A stretch of DNA of 37,623 bases, from positions 1 to 37,623 of IMG/VR virus record IMGVR_UViG_2645727529_000001; one strand, given 5' to 3'. The translations under genes and the position numbers were made by a program. This DNA comes from a virus (taxonomy: Duplodnaviria > Heunggongvirae > Uroviricota > Caudoviricetes). Shown here in pieces: positions 8,128 through 17,771 of this stretch (positions are counted from its first letter, which is position 1; each line of letters begins with the position of its first letter). The notes under the pieces are model-generated. The model searched no databases and was not told the origin of the DNA. It saw nothing but the letters and a program-made list of their open reading frames with translations.

Positions 8128-10020
8128 ATGCACAATACGTACATCAAAGACTATATAGAATATTACCTTAGCCTTAAAACTGAACCTCAATACGCCATTA
8201 TGCTTAAAGGTGCTTGGGGATCAGGTAAAACTTGGTTCATTGAACGAGTTCTTGAAGAATATAAGCAAAAGCATTCAGAGTTCAAATTTCTTAAAGTGAG
8301 TTTGTATGGCGTCAACTCTATTGAGCAGATTGAAGATGAGTTCTATCGTCAACTTCATCCTATTCTATCAAACAAAGCCCTTATCTTTGGTGCAAATGTA
8401 CTAAAAAATACGCTTAAGGCTACTTTCAAGATCGATTTCAATGGCGATAATAAGTCTGACGTAGATGTCAATGCCAGTGTCCCCACCATTAATCTTAGCG
8501 ACTTTAGCAGAGAACCAGATGGTTTTGTGCTGGTCTTTGATGATATCGAGAGAGCTGGTATAGATTTACCAATCTTATTTGGATATATAAATCACTTTGT
8601 AGAAGTAAACGGATACAAAGCGATCCTGGTTGCCAATGAAGAAGAAATAATCAACAGAGAAAAGCGAATAAATAATGATGATGAGAAATCTAGCAGTGAA
8701 TACATAAGAACAAAAGAAAAGCTTGTAGGTAAAACATTTGAAGTAACGTCAGATTTACCTAGTGCTTGTAATGTTTTCTTGGGCGTAATTAGTAGTTTAC
8801 ACGTTGCTAATATATTTAAAGAAGATATGCAGACCATAGAACACCTCTATGTGTCGGCGAAATATAATAATCTAAGACATTTGAGGCAGTTCTTTCTTGA
8901 TGTACAACGCATCATTTCCCTTTTGGGAGATAAATATGTCAGCAACGACGATTTTATGAAAGTATTTTTCCAGCAGTTATTAATTTTCTCGATGGAGTAC
9001 CGGGGAGGGAACCTTAACTACGAGGATTTCAATTCAATCGGCAATGTAAATTATAGTATGTTTTTAGATAAAGGGCGTACCAAAACTAAGTATGACATGA
9101 TCGTCGAGAAATATTCATCACCTGTATTAACCGAGACGTTACTGGATGGTGCGTACTGGAGAGAGCTAATCTGTGATGGAAAGGTAACGCATGATCTTCT
9201 CGCTCAGCTGGATATTACGCGATTTTTTAGAAGCACCGATGCCCAAGCATGGGAGTATTTGTGGAACTATCGAGAACTTAATGAAACTATGCTTAATGAA
9301 CAGTACGCCATTGCCAAGGATAATCTATTTTCAGGTAAGATCACTTCCTTAGGTGAACTCCTGATGACCGCGAGTATTTTGCTGGCATTGGCGAAAGAAG
9401 GTTTAACCACAGATGCTGTTGATGACATTATAAATGAGACAAAACATCATATAGATATTTATTACAATGGATTAGGACCTGAAGATATACATCAGGAGTA
9501 TGCGCAAAGACATTATAATGAGTTAATGGCATGGCGTGGCTTTGGTTTTCTTGACAGGGATAGCGATGAATTCAAACTCATTATTGAGCATATTAAGATA
9601 GCGCAGAAGAAACGGTTTGATGAATCAATTCCGGAGTTTGCATTGAAGTTCAGCGATGAGTTGCAAAGAGGGAATTTATCGTTTGTATCTGAATTGTGTC
9701 ATTCTAATAATAGGCAGCTAAATCTTCATAACGTGCCTTTTTTACACTTGGTTTCTCCTGAAGTTTTCATTGAAAGCTATAGGAAACTTGACCCAATCAT
9801 CATGAGGAAACTGGCATTTAGCTTGAGGGATCGTTATTCTGATAGGGATGCCAGAACCAGACTGACCGAAGAATACAACTGGTTGATTAGCCTAAAAGAG
9901 ATAGCTGTAGATTTCACTCAAAACGCAGCCAATAACTCCTTTCAGGTTTTTCATGTAAAGTTTTTTATTGACTATGCACTAACTAATGCAATCAAATTAT
10001 TTACTGAGGGAACTGATTAA
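8128..10020 (+). CDS. KAP-family P-loop NTPase (630 aa), cargo gene at the tin/old-equivalent hotspot
   Basis: Walker A GAWGSGKT near the N-terminus, Walker B-like VLVFDDIERAG; strongly AT-rich versus backbone; single gene with its own terminator. Confidence 0.75.
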   Translation: MHNTYIKDYIEYYLSLKTEPQYAIMLKGAWGSGKTWFIERVLEEYKQKHSEFKFLKVSLYGVNSIEQIEDEFYRQLHPILSNKALIFGANVLKNTLKATFKIDFNGDNKSDVDVNASVPTINLSDFSREPDGFVLVFDDIERAGIDLPILFGYINHFVEVNGYKAILVANEEEIINREKRINNDDEKSSSEYIRTKEKLVGKTFEVTSDLPSACNVFLGVISSLHVANIFKEDMQTIEHLYVSAKYNNLRHLRQFFLDVQRIISLLGDKYVSNDDFMKVFFQQLLIFSMEYRGGNLNYEDFNSIGNVNYSMFLDKGRTKTKYDMIVEKYSSPVLTETLLDGAYWRELICDGKVTHDLLAQLDITRFFRSTDAQAWEYLWNYRELNETMLNEQYAIAKDNLFSGKITSLGELLMTASILLALAKEGLTTDAVDDIINETKHHIDIYYNGLGPEDIHQEYAQRHYNELMAWRGFGFLDRDSDEFKLIIEHIKIAQKKRFDESIPEFALKFSDELQRGNLSFVSELCHSNNRQLNLHNVPFLHLVSPEVFIESYRKLDPIIMRKLAFSLRDRYSDRDARTRLTEEYNWLISLKEIAVDFTQNAANNSFQVFHVKFFIDYALTNAIKLFTEGTD

Positions 10021-10082
10021 CATTTTGTTGATTAACATAGGTAATATTATTAGAAGTACTAGACATGGTCAGTAAAATTATT

Positions 10083-10110
10083 AAAGTCCGCTTCGCTCGA
10101 AGCGGACTTT
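10083..10110 (+). terminator. Intrinsic terminator after the KAP NTPase gene
   Basis: 12-bp perfect stem aaagtccgcttc/gaagcggacttt with a 4-nt loop, followed by a T-rich stretch. Confidence 0.6.
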
Positions 10111-10305
10111 GTGCTTTATAAAAACGAGAGTTTTGTTTTTCAAGCGGTCATTCGGTTACGGGATTTCACTTCCCCCGTAAGTGCATGACTATGCCGCATG
10201 AGATCGCATGATCGTTTGCGGATCGTTTTTGCTAAGGTCCGCCAGAACTGGCGGGCTTTTGCGTAGATCATGCAGGTGCATGAAAACCACTACATAAAGT
10301 GGGCA

Positions 10306-10324
10306 GGCGTGGCGGGGATACGAG
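10306..10324. other. Putative cos (cohesive-end) site
   Basis: GGCGTGGCGGGGATACGAG resembles the P2/186 19-nt cohesive end as I recall it (GGCGAGGCGGGGAAAGCAC); lies in a GC-rich island between the two AT-rich cargo genes, upstream of Q as in P2. Confidence 0.4.
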
Positions 10325-10544
10325 CGCGCGCAACGAGGTGAAATAGCAAAAACTCGGCACAGCCTACGGCCCGCTAGCGGCTTCAAATTGAAATGGTGAG
10401 GTGCAGCAGCAAAAAAAACGCCCCACAGGAAGTTGTTGAGGTTGTTTATTGAGGGAATTGGCTTAAGCGGTAAAACACAAACATTGCAACTTGTGCATGA
10501 AATTGATACATTGTGCGTAATGTATCTATATTGCGGGGTATTTT

Positions 10545-11216
10545 ATGGCTTTCAGAGCGGAAGAAGCAGCAGCATCGAATTTCGAAAATGCTTACAGATA
10601 TCTAGTTCCACAAGGTTCAAATCAGGAGATGCGTTCGAAAGTTAGGGCGAAGCTCAAAGAAATTGTTGAAGAATGTGGGCCAGTAGTGGATGGGTATCCA
10701 GCATGGCATCCTTTTTTGCTGGAAAGAGATAAAGCTATTTGGGCGCCTATGACTCCCAATAATACTCCTAGCTTTAAATACCTGGACCACACGGTCTATT
10801 TCAGGAACGGCATTCTTACCTGTCCTTATGGTCATGGGGTTGATGAATTTATAGCTGGTATAAAACGTCTAAAGCACACGGATGCCCATTTCTCTATTGA
10901 GAAGATTGATGACGTTGTGCTTTATAATGACAACGCCGTCCCGTTGTTAATAAAATGCCATTGGCTTATTTCGGAAGATATGGAAGAGGATGGCACCATT
11001 CCAGCAAAAGCAGCAATTGGATTGATGCTTGAAAGCGAGGTTCCTAACTGGCGGCATGCAGTTTATTGTGAAAATTGGGAAGATATGCGCGGGCAGTTGA
11101 TGGGATATCCGCACGGTGCCAGATCATCTCTATTTGTTAATCAGCAGACAGGACAGAAAATGAAAAACTTCTGGAATCAGCTGATTAAGACCGGAATTCT
11201 TGGGGAAGAGCGATAA
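10545..11216 (+). CDS. Hypothetical protein (223 aa), cargo gene between the cos-like site and the portal gene
   Basis: Clean ORF, lower GC than backbone, followed by a strong terminator; no family recognised by eye. Confidence 0.6.
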   Translation: MAFRAEEAAASNFENAYRYLVPQGSNQEMRSKVRAKLKEIVEECGPVVDGYPAWHPFLLERDKAIWAPMTPNNTPSFKYLDHTVYFRNGILTCPYGHGVDEFIAGIKRLKHTDAHFSIEKIDDVVLYNDNAVPLLIKCHWLISEDMEEDGTIPAKAAIGLMLESEVPNWRHAVYCENWEDMRGQLMGYPHGARSSLFVNQQTGQKMKNFWNQLIKTGILGEER

Positions 11217-11229
11217 TTTCTTGAGGCTT

Positions 11230-11264
11230 AGCAGCGCCTTTAACAAGCAGAGGCGCTGCTTTTT
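11230..11264. terminator. Bidirectional hairpin terminator between the 223-aa gene and Q
   Basis: 10-bp perfect stem agcagcgcct/aggcgctgct followed by a T-run. Confidence 0.65.
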
Positions 11265-11268
11265 AAAT

Positions 11269-12318
11269 TTAGCTATCGTTGTTTGTGTCTATTCCCAGCG
11301 TGTAGGGCTCGAAGCGGATCACCTCTTTACCTAGCCAATAATTCAGCTCCTGCAGCCGCTTTTGCAGCGGCATCAGTTCATTGCGGACGAAGACACGGCT
11401 CGCTTTTTCCACATCCCCAAAACCCCCAACATTATTCGGCATAATCCCCATCATCTGTGGCGGAACACGATGCGCGGCCATCATGTCATCACGACTCACG
11501 CTCTTGATGTTCAGAAATTCATCTTTCGCTGCGACTTCTGACAACGGGATGATCTGAAGCCCGTCCTTTTTGCCGTTAGGCGAGTACATAAACAGGTTGC
11601 GGAAGTTGCCTGGACCTTTGGCGCTTTTCATGGCATTACGGAGGTTGTTTATATCCTCCTGGTTCTGCGCGGCGTCGGTCATGTACATGATGAAGCCTGC
11701 GTGGCTGCCGTTAATGTAATACTTGCGGCGGAACAGCGTGGCGGACTCGTTGAGTAGGGCTGACGGAATGGCAGAAAGATAACCGGGCAGGCCGTAGATC
11801 TCCTGGTTGATATCCGGTTCCATCAGGTGAAAAATGCTGCCTTTCGTGAACTGATACGGTTGCGTGGTCATGCCGTATTGCACAAACCAGTAGGTATCCA
11901 GGTCTAATCCGCGTCGGGTGTATTTTGCCAGGGCAGGTTCAAGGGCGATAACTTCACCGAAGCGGTTCGTGCGTTTCTCCAGGTAGGCGTTACCAAAAAC
12001 CAGATAGTCCTGCACAAAACGTGAAAACGCCTGCTGGCTGAGCAGCGGATGAGGGATGTAGGTGCTGGTCAGTATGTTGCACTTTACGGCAATCGGTGAG
12101 CTGTGGTGCACGGCGGCGCGAAAGGTTCGCGCCAGCCCGTCGAAACTCACTGGTGGCTCATACCAGCGGTCCATCTGTACGCATTCCACATAGTCCAGTA
12201 ATTCGCGGCGGTCCAGAACAGGAACGGGATCACCGAAGCTGAATGCTTCGGCTGAAGTTTGGTTTTTATGCTGGATCTGGTTCGTCGCCGCAGCGCGGTT
12301 TTTCTTACTCTTTCCCAT
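11269..12318 (-). CDS. Q: Portal protein gpQ
   Basis: About 349 aa, P2 Q-like; ATG overlaps the P stop. Confidence 0.9.
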   Translation of the reverse strand: MGKSKKNRAAATNQIQHKNQTSAEAFSFGDPVPVLDRRELLDYVECVQMDRWYEPPVSFDGLARTFRAAVHHSSPIAVKCNILTSTYIPHPLLSQQAFSRFVQDYLVFGNAYLEKRTNRFGEVIALEPALAKYTRRGLDLDTYWFVQYGMTTQPYQFTKGSIFHLMEPDINQEIYGLPGYLSAIPSALLNESATLFRRKYYINGSHAGFIMYMTDAAQNQEDINNLRNAMKSAKGPGNFRNLFMYSPNGKKDGLQIIPLSEVAAKDEFLNIKSVSRDDMMAAHRVPPQMMGIMPNNVGGFGDVEKASRVFVRNELMPLQKRLQELNYWLGKEVIRFEPYTLGIDTNNDS

Positions 12319-14084
12319 CAAAAAATCTCCACAATATTGCTGGTATTGGCGGACTCGCCCTGCAGCGGTTCGTTAAACAGTGCGTGCATTGTTGCCCAGG
12401 CCAGATCGGCATGGCTGGCTTCTTCGCTGCGGCTGGCTTCATAGGTTGGGCGGTTGCCGCTGGCGGTGGTGGCGCGACGGATTGCCATAAATGACTGCGC
12501 TATGTCGGTGTGTCCGGCGTCAAACTCCAGACGACGGTGACTGATAATGTCGTAGGCCTTGAGTACCAGGGCGTTTTTAACGTTGGGGTTGTAGACAAAC
12601 TCCCGGACGGCTGGAAAAAACGCTTTCACGTTCTCGTAAACCCCGTGACCGACACCCGTCGAGTCGATGCCGATATATGTCACGTTGTACTGTTCGGTCA
12701 GTTTTTTGATGGCGTCCGCCTGGGCGCGGAAGTCCATCCCGCGCCACTGGTGGCGCTCAAGAATACGGAACTTACCGCCCGGCACGGCTGGCGGTGCCAC
12801 CACCACGCATCCGGCGCTGTCGCCGTTCTGCGTACCTTTTGCCGGGTCATAACCGATCCACACTTCGCGCCACCCAAACGGGCGAAGGGCCAGTGCATGA
12901 AAGTCGGTCCAGACTTCCCAACTGTCCACCATGCACGCCTGCAGCTCGCTGAGCGGAAACACGGACGCGAGATCGTCCACAAACTCGCACATCAGCAGGT
13001 TCTGGTATTCGTCCGGGCTGTACTCCATGCGCAACTGGTCAAGGTCGAACAGGTTGCAGCCGCCGCGCACCGCATCTTCCACGGTGACTATCTGGCGGTA
13101 TTGCCCGTCTGCGCACAGCAGGCCGGGGGCCAGATTGCTGTGGGACAGGTCGATGTCCACCTTGTCAGCTTTGTTGCGTCCACGGTTGAACAGCGCACCG
13201 GACCAGAACGGATAAGCACTGTGGGTCAGGCTGGATGGCGTGGAAAAATAGGTTTGTCGCCATTTCTTGTGAATAGCCATCCCGGAAGCCACTTTGCGCA
13301 GCTCCTGGAATTTCGGTATCCAGAAATATTCATCCAGATACAGGTTGCCGTGATAACTCTGGGCCGTGCGGGCATTGGTGCCGAGGAAGTAAAGCGTGGC
13401 TCCGTTAGGAAGCACCATCGGATCGCCTTTTAGCTCCACCTCGACTTCTTTGGCGAAGTCGATGATGTATTGTTTAAAGACGTGGGCCTGAGCCTTACTG
13501 GCAGAAAGGAAAATCTGGTTGCGTCCGGTAAGCAGGGCGTCAATCAGGGCTTCACGGGCAAAATAGAAGGTCGCGCCGATCTGGCGAGACTTCAGCAGGT
13601 TGCGGATGCGGTTGGTTTTTCCGGCTTCCCACCAGTGGCGCTGGTAGTTGAACATGGAGGAATGGAAGATTTCTTCCAGCTTCTCAATCTGCTCATCGGT
13701 GAAAACATTCTTTTCCGGCTGACGGCGTGGGCCTTTATTGCGGTTGGCGACGTTAGGGTTTAAGTCGGCTTCGTTGCCGCCATTGTTAAACTTGCCGATC
13801 CGCGCGTGGCGCTCAGACTGGCGCGCCAGCAGGTCAATCTCTTTGAAATCTTTCCCTTCTTTGTGCTCCTTCATGATGAGCTGGCAGTAGCGTGCTGCGG
13901 TGGTGAGCTGCATCTGGTCCAGCGGCCCATAGTCACCCCACTTGTCGCGTTTTTTCCAGCTGTGAACGGTTGCAACTTTCTCGCCCAGCATTTCAGCAAT
14001 GCGGGCTACGCGGTATCCCTGAAAGTACAGCAGCATGGCCTGCCGACGGGGATCGAGATCTGCGGGTGTCAGTGTGGTGTTCAT
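12318..14084 (-). CDS. P: Terminase large (ATPase) subunit gpP
   Basis: 588 aa, P2 P-like; synteny. Confidence 0.9.
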   Translation of the reverse strand: MNTTLTPADLDPRRQAMLLYFQGYRVARIAEMLGEKVATVHSWKKRDKWGDYGPLDQMQLTTAARYCQLIMKEHKEGKDFKEIDLLARQSERHARIGKFNNGGNEADLNPNVANRNKGPRRQPEKNVFTDEQIEKLEEIFHSSMFNYQRHWWEAGKTNRIRNLLKSRQIGATFYFAREALIDALLTGRNQIFLSASKAQAHVFKQYIIDFAKEVEVELKGDPMVLPNGATLYFLGTNARTAQSYHGNLYLDEYFWIPKFQELRKVASGMAIHKKWRQTYFSTPSSLTHSAYPFWSGALFNRGRNKADKVDIDLSHSNLAPGLLCADGQYRQIVTVEDAVRGGCNLFDLDQLRMEYSPDEYQNLLMCEFVDDLASVFPLSELQACMVDSWEVWTDFHALALRPFGWREVWIGYDPAKGTQNGDSAGCVVVAPPAVPGGKFRILERHQWRGMDFRAQADAIKKLTEQYNVTYIGIDSTGVGHGVYENVKAFFPAVREFVYNPNVKNALVLKAYDIISHRRLEFDAGHTDIAQSFMAIRRATTASGNRPTYEASRSEEASHADLAWATMHALFNEPLQGESANTSNIVEIF

Positions 14085-14130
14085 AGCACAAACCTACAGC
14101 CTTGAATGAAGGCTTTCCCCGCCTGCGGTT

Positions 14131-14148
14131 TGTGTGGTTGTCGGTACA
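14131..14148. promoter_or_regulatory. Ogr/Delta-type late-promoter activator site (TGT-N12-ACA) in the P/O divergent region
   Basis: TGTgtggttgtcggtACA, 79 nt upstream of the O start. Confidence 0.55.
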
Positions 14149-14226
14149 AATACCGCGAATTGTTTCACTGCCCCCATCACCGCAACCATAAGGCTCCAGT
14201 AAGTTTTTTCTAACGGAGCACGGCTC

Positions 14227-15060
14227 ATGACAGTGAAAGCAAAGCGTTTTCGCATCGGGGTGGAAGGTGCCACCACCGACGGACGCGAAATCCAGCGTGA
14301 ATGGCTGGAACAGATGGCAGCCAGCTACAACCCGGCGGTGTATACCGCGCTGATTAACCTTGAACACATCAAGTCTTATCTGCCGGACAGCACCTTTAAC
14401 CGCTACGGCAAGGTGACGGCGCTGTTTGCTGAAGAAATCACGGAAGGTCCGCTGGCAGGCAAGATGGCGCTGTATGCCGACGTTGAGCCAACGGAGTCCT
14501 TGGTGGAACTGGTGAAAAAAGGCCAGAAATTATTCACCTCTATGGAAGTCAGCCCGAAGTTCGCTGATACGGGCAAAGCCTACCTGGTCGGCCTGGCTGC
14601 CACTGATGACCCTGCCAGTCTGGGCACTGAAATGCTGACATTCAGCGCCAGTGCAGCCCATAACCCACTGGCAAACCGCAAGCAGAATCCTGCCAATCTC
14701 TTTACCGCTGCAGAGGAAACGGTGATCGAACTGGAAGAAATCCAGGACGACAAACCGTCCCTGTTTGCCCGCGTCACGGCGCTGTTTACCAAAAAAGAGC
14801 AGTCCGATGACGCCCGGTTCTCTGATGTGCATAAGGCCGTGGAGCTGGTCGCCACTGAGCAGCAGAACCTGAGCGCACGCACCGAAAAATCCCTGTCTGA
14901 GCAGGAAGAACGCCTGTCTAAACTGGAGACTGCCTTGCAGGCACAGCAAACCGCCTTTAACGAACTGGTGGACAAGCTGAGTCATGAAGACAGCCGCCAG
15001 GACTACCGCCAGCGTGCAACAGGCGGTAACGCCCCCGCTGACACTCTGACCAATTGCTGA
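14227..15060 (+). CDS. O: Capsid scaffold protein gpO
   Basis: 277 aa, P2 O-like (FRIGVEG...NLEHI...); GGAG RBS. Confidence 0.85.
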   Translation: MTVKAKRFRIGVEGATTDGREIQREWLEQMAASYNPAVYTALINLEHIKSYLPDSTFNRYGKVTALFAEEITEGPLAGKMALYADVEPTESLVELVKKGQKLFTSMEVSPKFADTGKAYLVGLAATDDPASLGTEMLTFSASAAHNPLANRKQNPANLFTAAEETVIELEEIQDDKPSLFARVTALFTKKEQSDDARFSDVHKAVELVATEQQNLSARTEKSLSEQEERLSKLETALQAQQTAFNELVDKLSHEDSRQDYRQRATGGNAPADTLTNC

Positions 15061-15076
15061 TGGAGCACAAAACCCG

Positions 15077-16135
15077 ATGAAGAAGAATACCCGCTTTGCT
15101 TTTAACGCTTACCTGCAGCAGCTGGCGCGTCTGAACGGTGTGGCAGTTGAAGAACTGTCCAGCAAGTTCACCGTGGAGCCGTCTGTACAGCAGACGCTGG
15201 AAGACCAGATCCAGCAGTCCGCCGCTTTCCTGACGCTGATTAACGTCACGCCAGTGACTGAGCAGTCCGGTCAGCTGCTGGGGCTGGGTGTTGGTAGCAC
15301 CATTGCCGGAACCACTGACACCACCGCGAAAGAGCGTGAACCTGTCGATCCTACGCTGATGGTCGATGTGGAATACAAATGCGAGCAGACCAACTTTGAC
15401 ACGGTACTGACCTACGCGAAGCTGGACCTGTGGGCGAAGTTTCAGGATTTCCAGGTGCGTATCCGTGACGCCATCGTGAAACGTCAGGCACTGGACCGCA
15501 TCATGATCGGCTTTAACGGCGTGAAGCGTGCGAAAACCTCCAACCGTAGCGAAAACCCGCTGCTGCAGGATGTGAACAAAGGCTGGTTACAGAAAATCCG
15601 TGAGGATGCACCGGATCACGTCATGGGCAGCACCACCACGGGCGGCGAAACCACACCAGGTGCGGTGAAAGTCGGGAAAGGTGGCGAATATGCCAACCTG
15701 GACGCTGTGGTGATGGATGCGGTCAATGAGCTTATCGACGTGGTCTACCAGGACGATGACGATCTGGTGGTGATTTGCGGTCGTGAACTGCTGTCTGACA
15801 AGTATTTCCCGCTGGTCAACAAAGAGCAGGAAAACAGTGAAAAACTGGCTGCCGATATGATCATCAGTCAGAAACGCATGGGCGGTCTGCAGGCCGTGCG
15901 TGCGCCGTTCTTCCCGCCGAATGCGCTGCTGATCACCCGTTTGGATAACTTGTCCATCTACTGGCAGGAAGACACCCGCCGCCGTTCAGTTATCGACAAC
16001 CCGAAACGTGACCGGATTGAAAATTTTGAATCCGTTAACGAAGCCTACGTGGTTGAGGACTACCGCTGCGCCGCACTGGTGGAAAACATCCAGATTGGCG
16101 ACTTCAGCGCCGCCGCAGCAGAAGCCGGAGCGTAA
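15077..16135 (+). CDS. N: Major capsid protein gpN
   Basis: 352 aa, P2 N-like. Confidence 0.9.
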   Translation: MKKNTRFAFNAYLQQLARLNGVAVEELSSKFTVEPSVQQTLEDQIQQSAAFLTLINVTPVTEQSGQLLGLGVGSTIAGTTDTTAKEREPVDPTLMVDVEYKCEQTNFDTVLTYAKLDLWAKFQDFQVRIRDAIVKRQALDRIMIGFNGVKRAKTSNRSENPLLQDVNKGWLQKIREDAPDHVMGSTTTGGETTPGAVKVGKGGEYANLDAVVMDAVNELIDVVYQDDDDLVVICGRELLSDKYFPLVNKEQENSEKLAADMIISQKRMGGLQAVRAPFFPPNALLITRLDNLSIYWQEDTRRRSVIDNPKRDRIENFESVNEAYVVEDYRCAALVENIQIGDFSAAAAEAGA

Positions 16136-16138
16136 ACC

Positions 16139-16789
16139 ATGAGCCTGAGTCCCGCACGGCAGCATCGCCTGCGCGTTCAGGCTGAACAGGCCGCCCGCGA
16201 GGGCGGCAGTGTTCGCCACGCATCGGGCTATGACCTGATGCTGCTGCAACTGGCGGAAGACCGCCGCCGTCTCAAGGGCGTTCAGTCCACGGTGAAAAAA
16301 GCGGAAATCAAGGTGGAGCTGTTGCCGAAATATGCCGCCTGGGCGGAGGGCGTCCTGGCTGCCGGAGGCGCTCAGCAGGATGACGTGCTGATGTACGTGA
16401 TGCTGTGGCGCATTGATGCCGGAGATTATGCCGGGGCGCTGGAGATCGGGCGTCATGCCCTGCGTCATGGCTGGGTGATGCCGCTGGGTAACCGCAACGT
16501 GCAGACCGTGCTGGCAGAGGAAATGGCAGACGCGGCGCAGAGCGCAATGCTTGCCGCCACCGGCTTTGATGCCGATCTGTTGCTGCAGACGCTGGAGCTG
16601 ACAGACGGTCTGGATATGCCGGACCAGTCACGGGCGCGTCTGCATAAAGCGATTGGCGCTGTCCTGAGTGAAAGCAACCCGGCTTCCGCCCTTAATCATC
16701 TCAACCATGCGTTACAGCTCGATCCCCGCTGTGGCGTGAAAAAAGACAAACAGCAGCTGGAGCGCAGACTGCGCAATGACAGCCGCTGA
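16139..16789 (+). CDS. M: Terminase small (endonuclease) subunit gpM
   Basis: 216 aa; synteny after N. Confidence 0.85.
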   Translation: MSLSPARQHRLRVQAEQAAREGGSVRHASGYDLMLLQLAEDRRRLKGVQSTVKKAEIKVELLPKYAAWAEGVLAAGGAQQDDVLMYVMLWRIDAGDYAGALEIGRHALRHGWVMPLGNRNVQTVLAEEMADAAQSAMLAATGFDADLLLQTLELTDGLDMPDQSRARLHKAIGAVLSESNPASALNHLNHALQLDPRCGVKKDKQQLERRLRNDSR

Positions 16790-16884
16790 CAGAACGTGCC
16801 CCCGCGCACGGGCGGCACGGGGTGGCGAAAGGCACTGCCACATCAAAACCCCGTCCACCGCCCTCTATTTCAGGAGAAAGCAGC

Positions 16885-17349
16885 ATGAAGTTTGTTGCGC
16901 CAGAACAGGCACCGGAACAGGCGGAAATCATCAGGAATACGCCGTTCTGGCCTGATGTGGACCTGTCGGAGTTTCGCAGCGTGATGCGCACTGACGGCAC
17001 GGTGACGCAGCCGCGTTTAAAGCAGGTTGCGCTGTCGGCAATTTCGGAGGTCAACGCAGAGCTGTATGAGTTTCGCAGACGCCAGCAGATGCTGGGGTAT
17101 GCCTCGCTGGCAGAGGTTCCGGCGGAACAGCTGGACGGCAAAAGTGAGCGCATTCAGCACTATTTCAACGCGGTTTACTGCTGGGCACGCGCCATGCTCA
17201 ACGAACGTTACCAGGACTATGACGCCACGGCGTCCGGTGTGAAGCGGGGCGAGGAACTGGCGGAAGCAAGCGGTGATTTGTGGCGTGACGCCCGCTGGGC
17301 CATCAGCCGGGTGCAGGATGCGCCGCACTGCACAGTGGAGCTTATCTGA
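16885..17349 (+). CDS. L: Head completion/stabilisation protein gpL
   Basis: ATG 16885 with AGGAG RBS; synteny. Confidence 0.8.
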   Translation: MKFVAPEQAPEQAEIIRNTPFWPDVDLSEFRSVMRTDGTVTQPRLKQVALSAISEVNAELYEFRRRQQMLGYASLAEVPAEQLDGKSERIQHYFNAVYCWARAMLNERYQDYDATASGVKRGEELAEASGDLWRDARWAISRVQDAPHCTVELI

Positions 17350-17552
17350 TGAAAGTGCGTGCGCATCAGTATGACACGGTGGACGCGCTTTGCTGGCGTC
17401 ATTACGGGCGCACGCAGGGTGTCACGGAGCAGGTACTGAAGGCAAATCCGGGGCTTGCCGAATACGGCCCCTTTTTACCTCACGGGCTGCAGGTGGAGCT
17501 GCCGGACATTCCGACCACCACCACCGTGCAGACCGTCCAGCTATGGGACTGA
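17349..17552 (+). CDS. X: Tail protein gpX
   Basis: 67 aa, P2 X-sized; synteny. Confidence 0.8.
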   Translation: MKVRAHQYDTVDALCWRHYGRTQGVTEQVLKANPGLAEYGPFLPHGLQVELPDIPTTTTVQTVQLWD

Positions 17553-17555
17553 ATT

Positions 17556-17771
17556 ATGACGCTTGAGCGAATCAGCGCCTTTATCACGTATTGCATCGCC
17601 GTCGTGCTGGCCTGGCTGGGCGATTTGTCCATCAAGGATGCCTCAACGCTGGGCGGCCTGATGATTGGTGTGCTGATGCTGGCTATCAACTGGTACTACA
17701 AACACAAAGCCTACCAGCTTCTGCGCGACGGGCAGATCTCGCGGGAGGACTATGAATCCATCAATCGTTAA
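17556..17771 (+). CDS. Y: Holin
   Basis: 71 aa with two hydrophobic helices and a charged C-terminus; immediately precedes the endolysin. Confidence 0.7.
   Translation: MTLERISAFITYCIAVVLAWLGDLSIKDASTLGGLMIGVLMLAINWYYKHKAYQLLRDGQISREDYESINR

Noticed and set aside
10130-10430. Structured GC-rich non-coding stretch that could have been a retron msr/msd or other ncRNA
   Set aside because: No reverse transcriptase ORF nearby (the 223-aa protein lacks an RT-like YxDD motif); the region is better explained as the conserved cos/packaging region plus a terminator hairpin.
10433-10645. 70-aa ORF overlapping the start of the 223-aa gene
   Set aside because: Out of frame with and overlapping the better-supported ORF; no RBS; likely spurious.
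8128-11216. KAP NTPase plus 223-aa protein as a two-gene operon
   Set aside because: They are separated by a strong terminator, about 400 bp of GC-rich backbone and the cos-like site. In a packaged linear genome they would sit at opposite ends, so they look like two independent cargo insertions.
12510-13433. 307-aa plus-strand ORF antisense to terminase gene P, with nested ORFs 12667-12852 and 12931-13215
   Set aside because: Shadow ORFs inside a well-supported GC-rich gene; no RBS or family resemblance.
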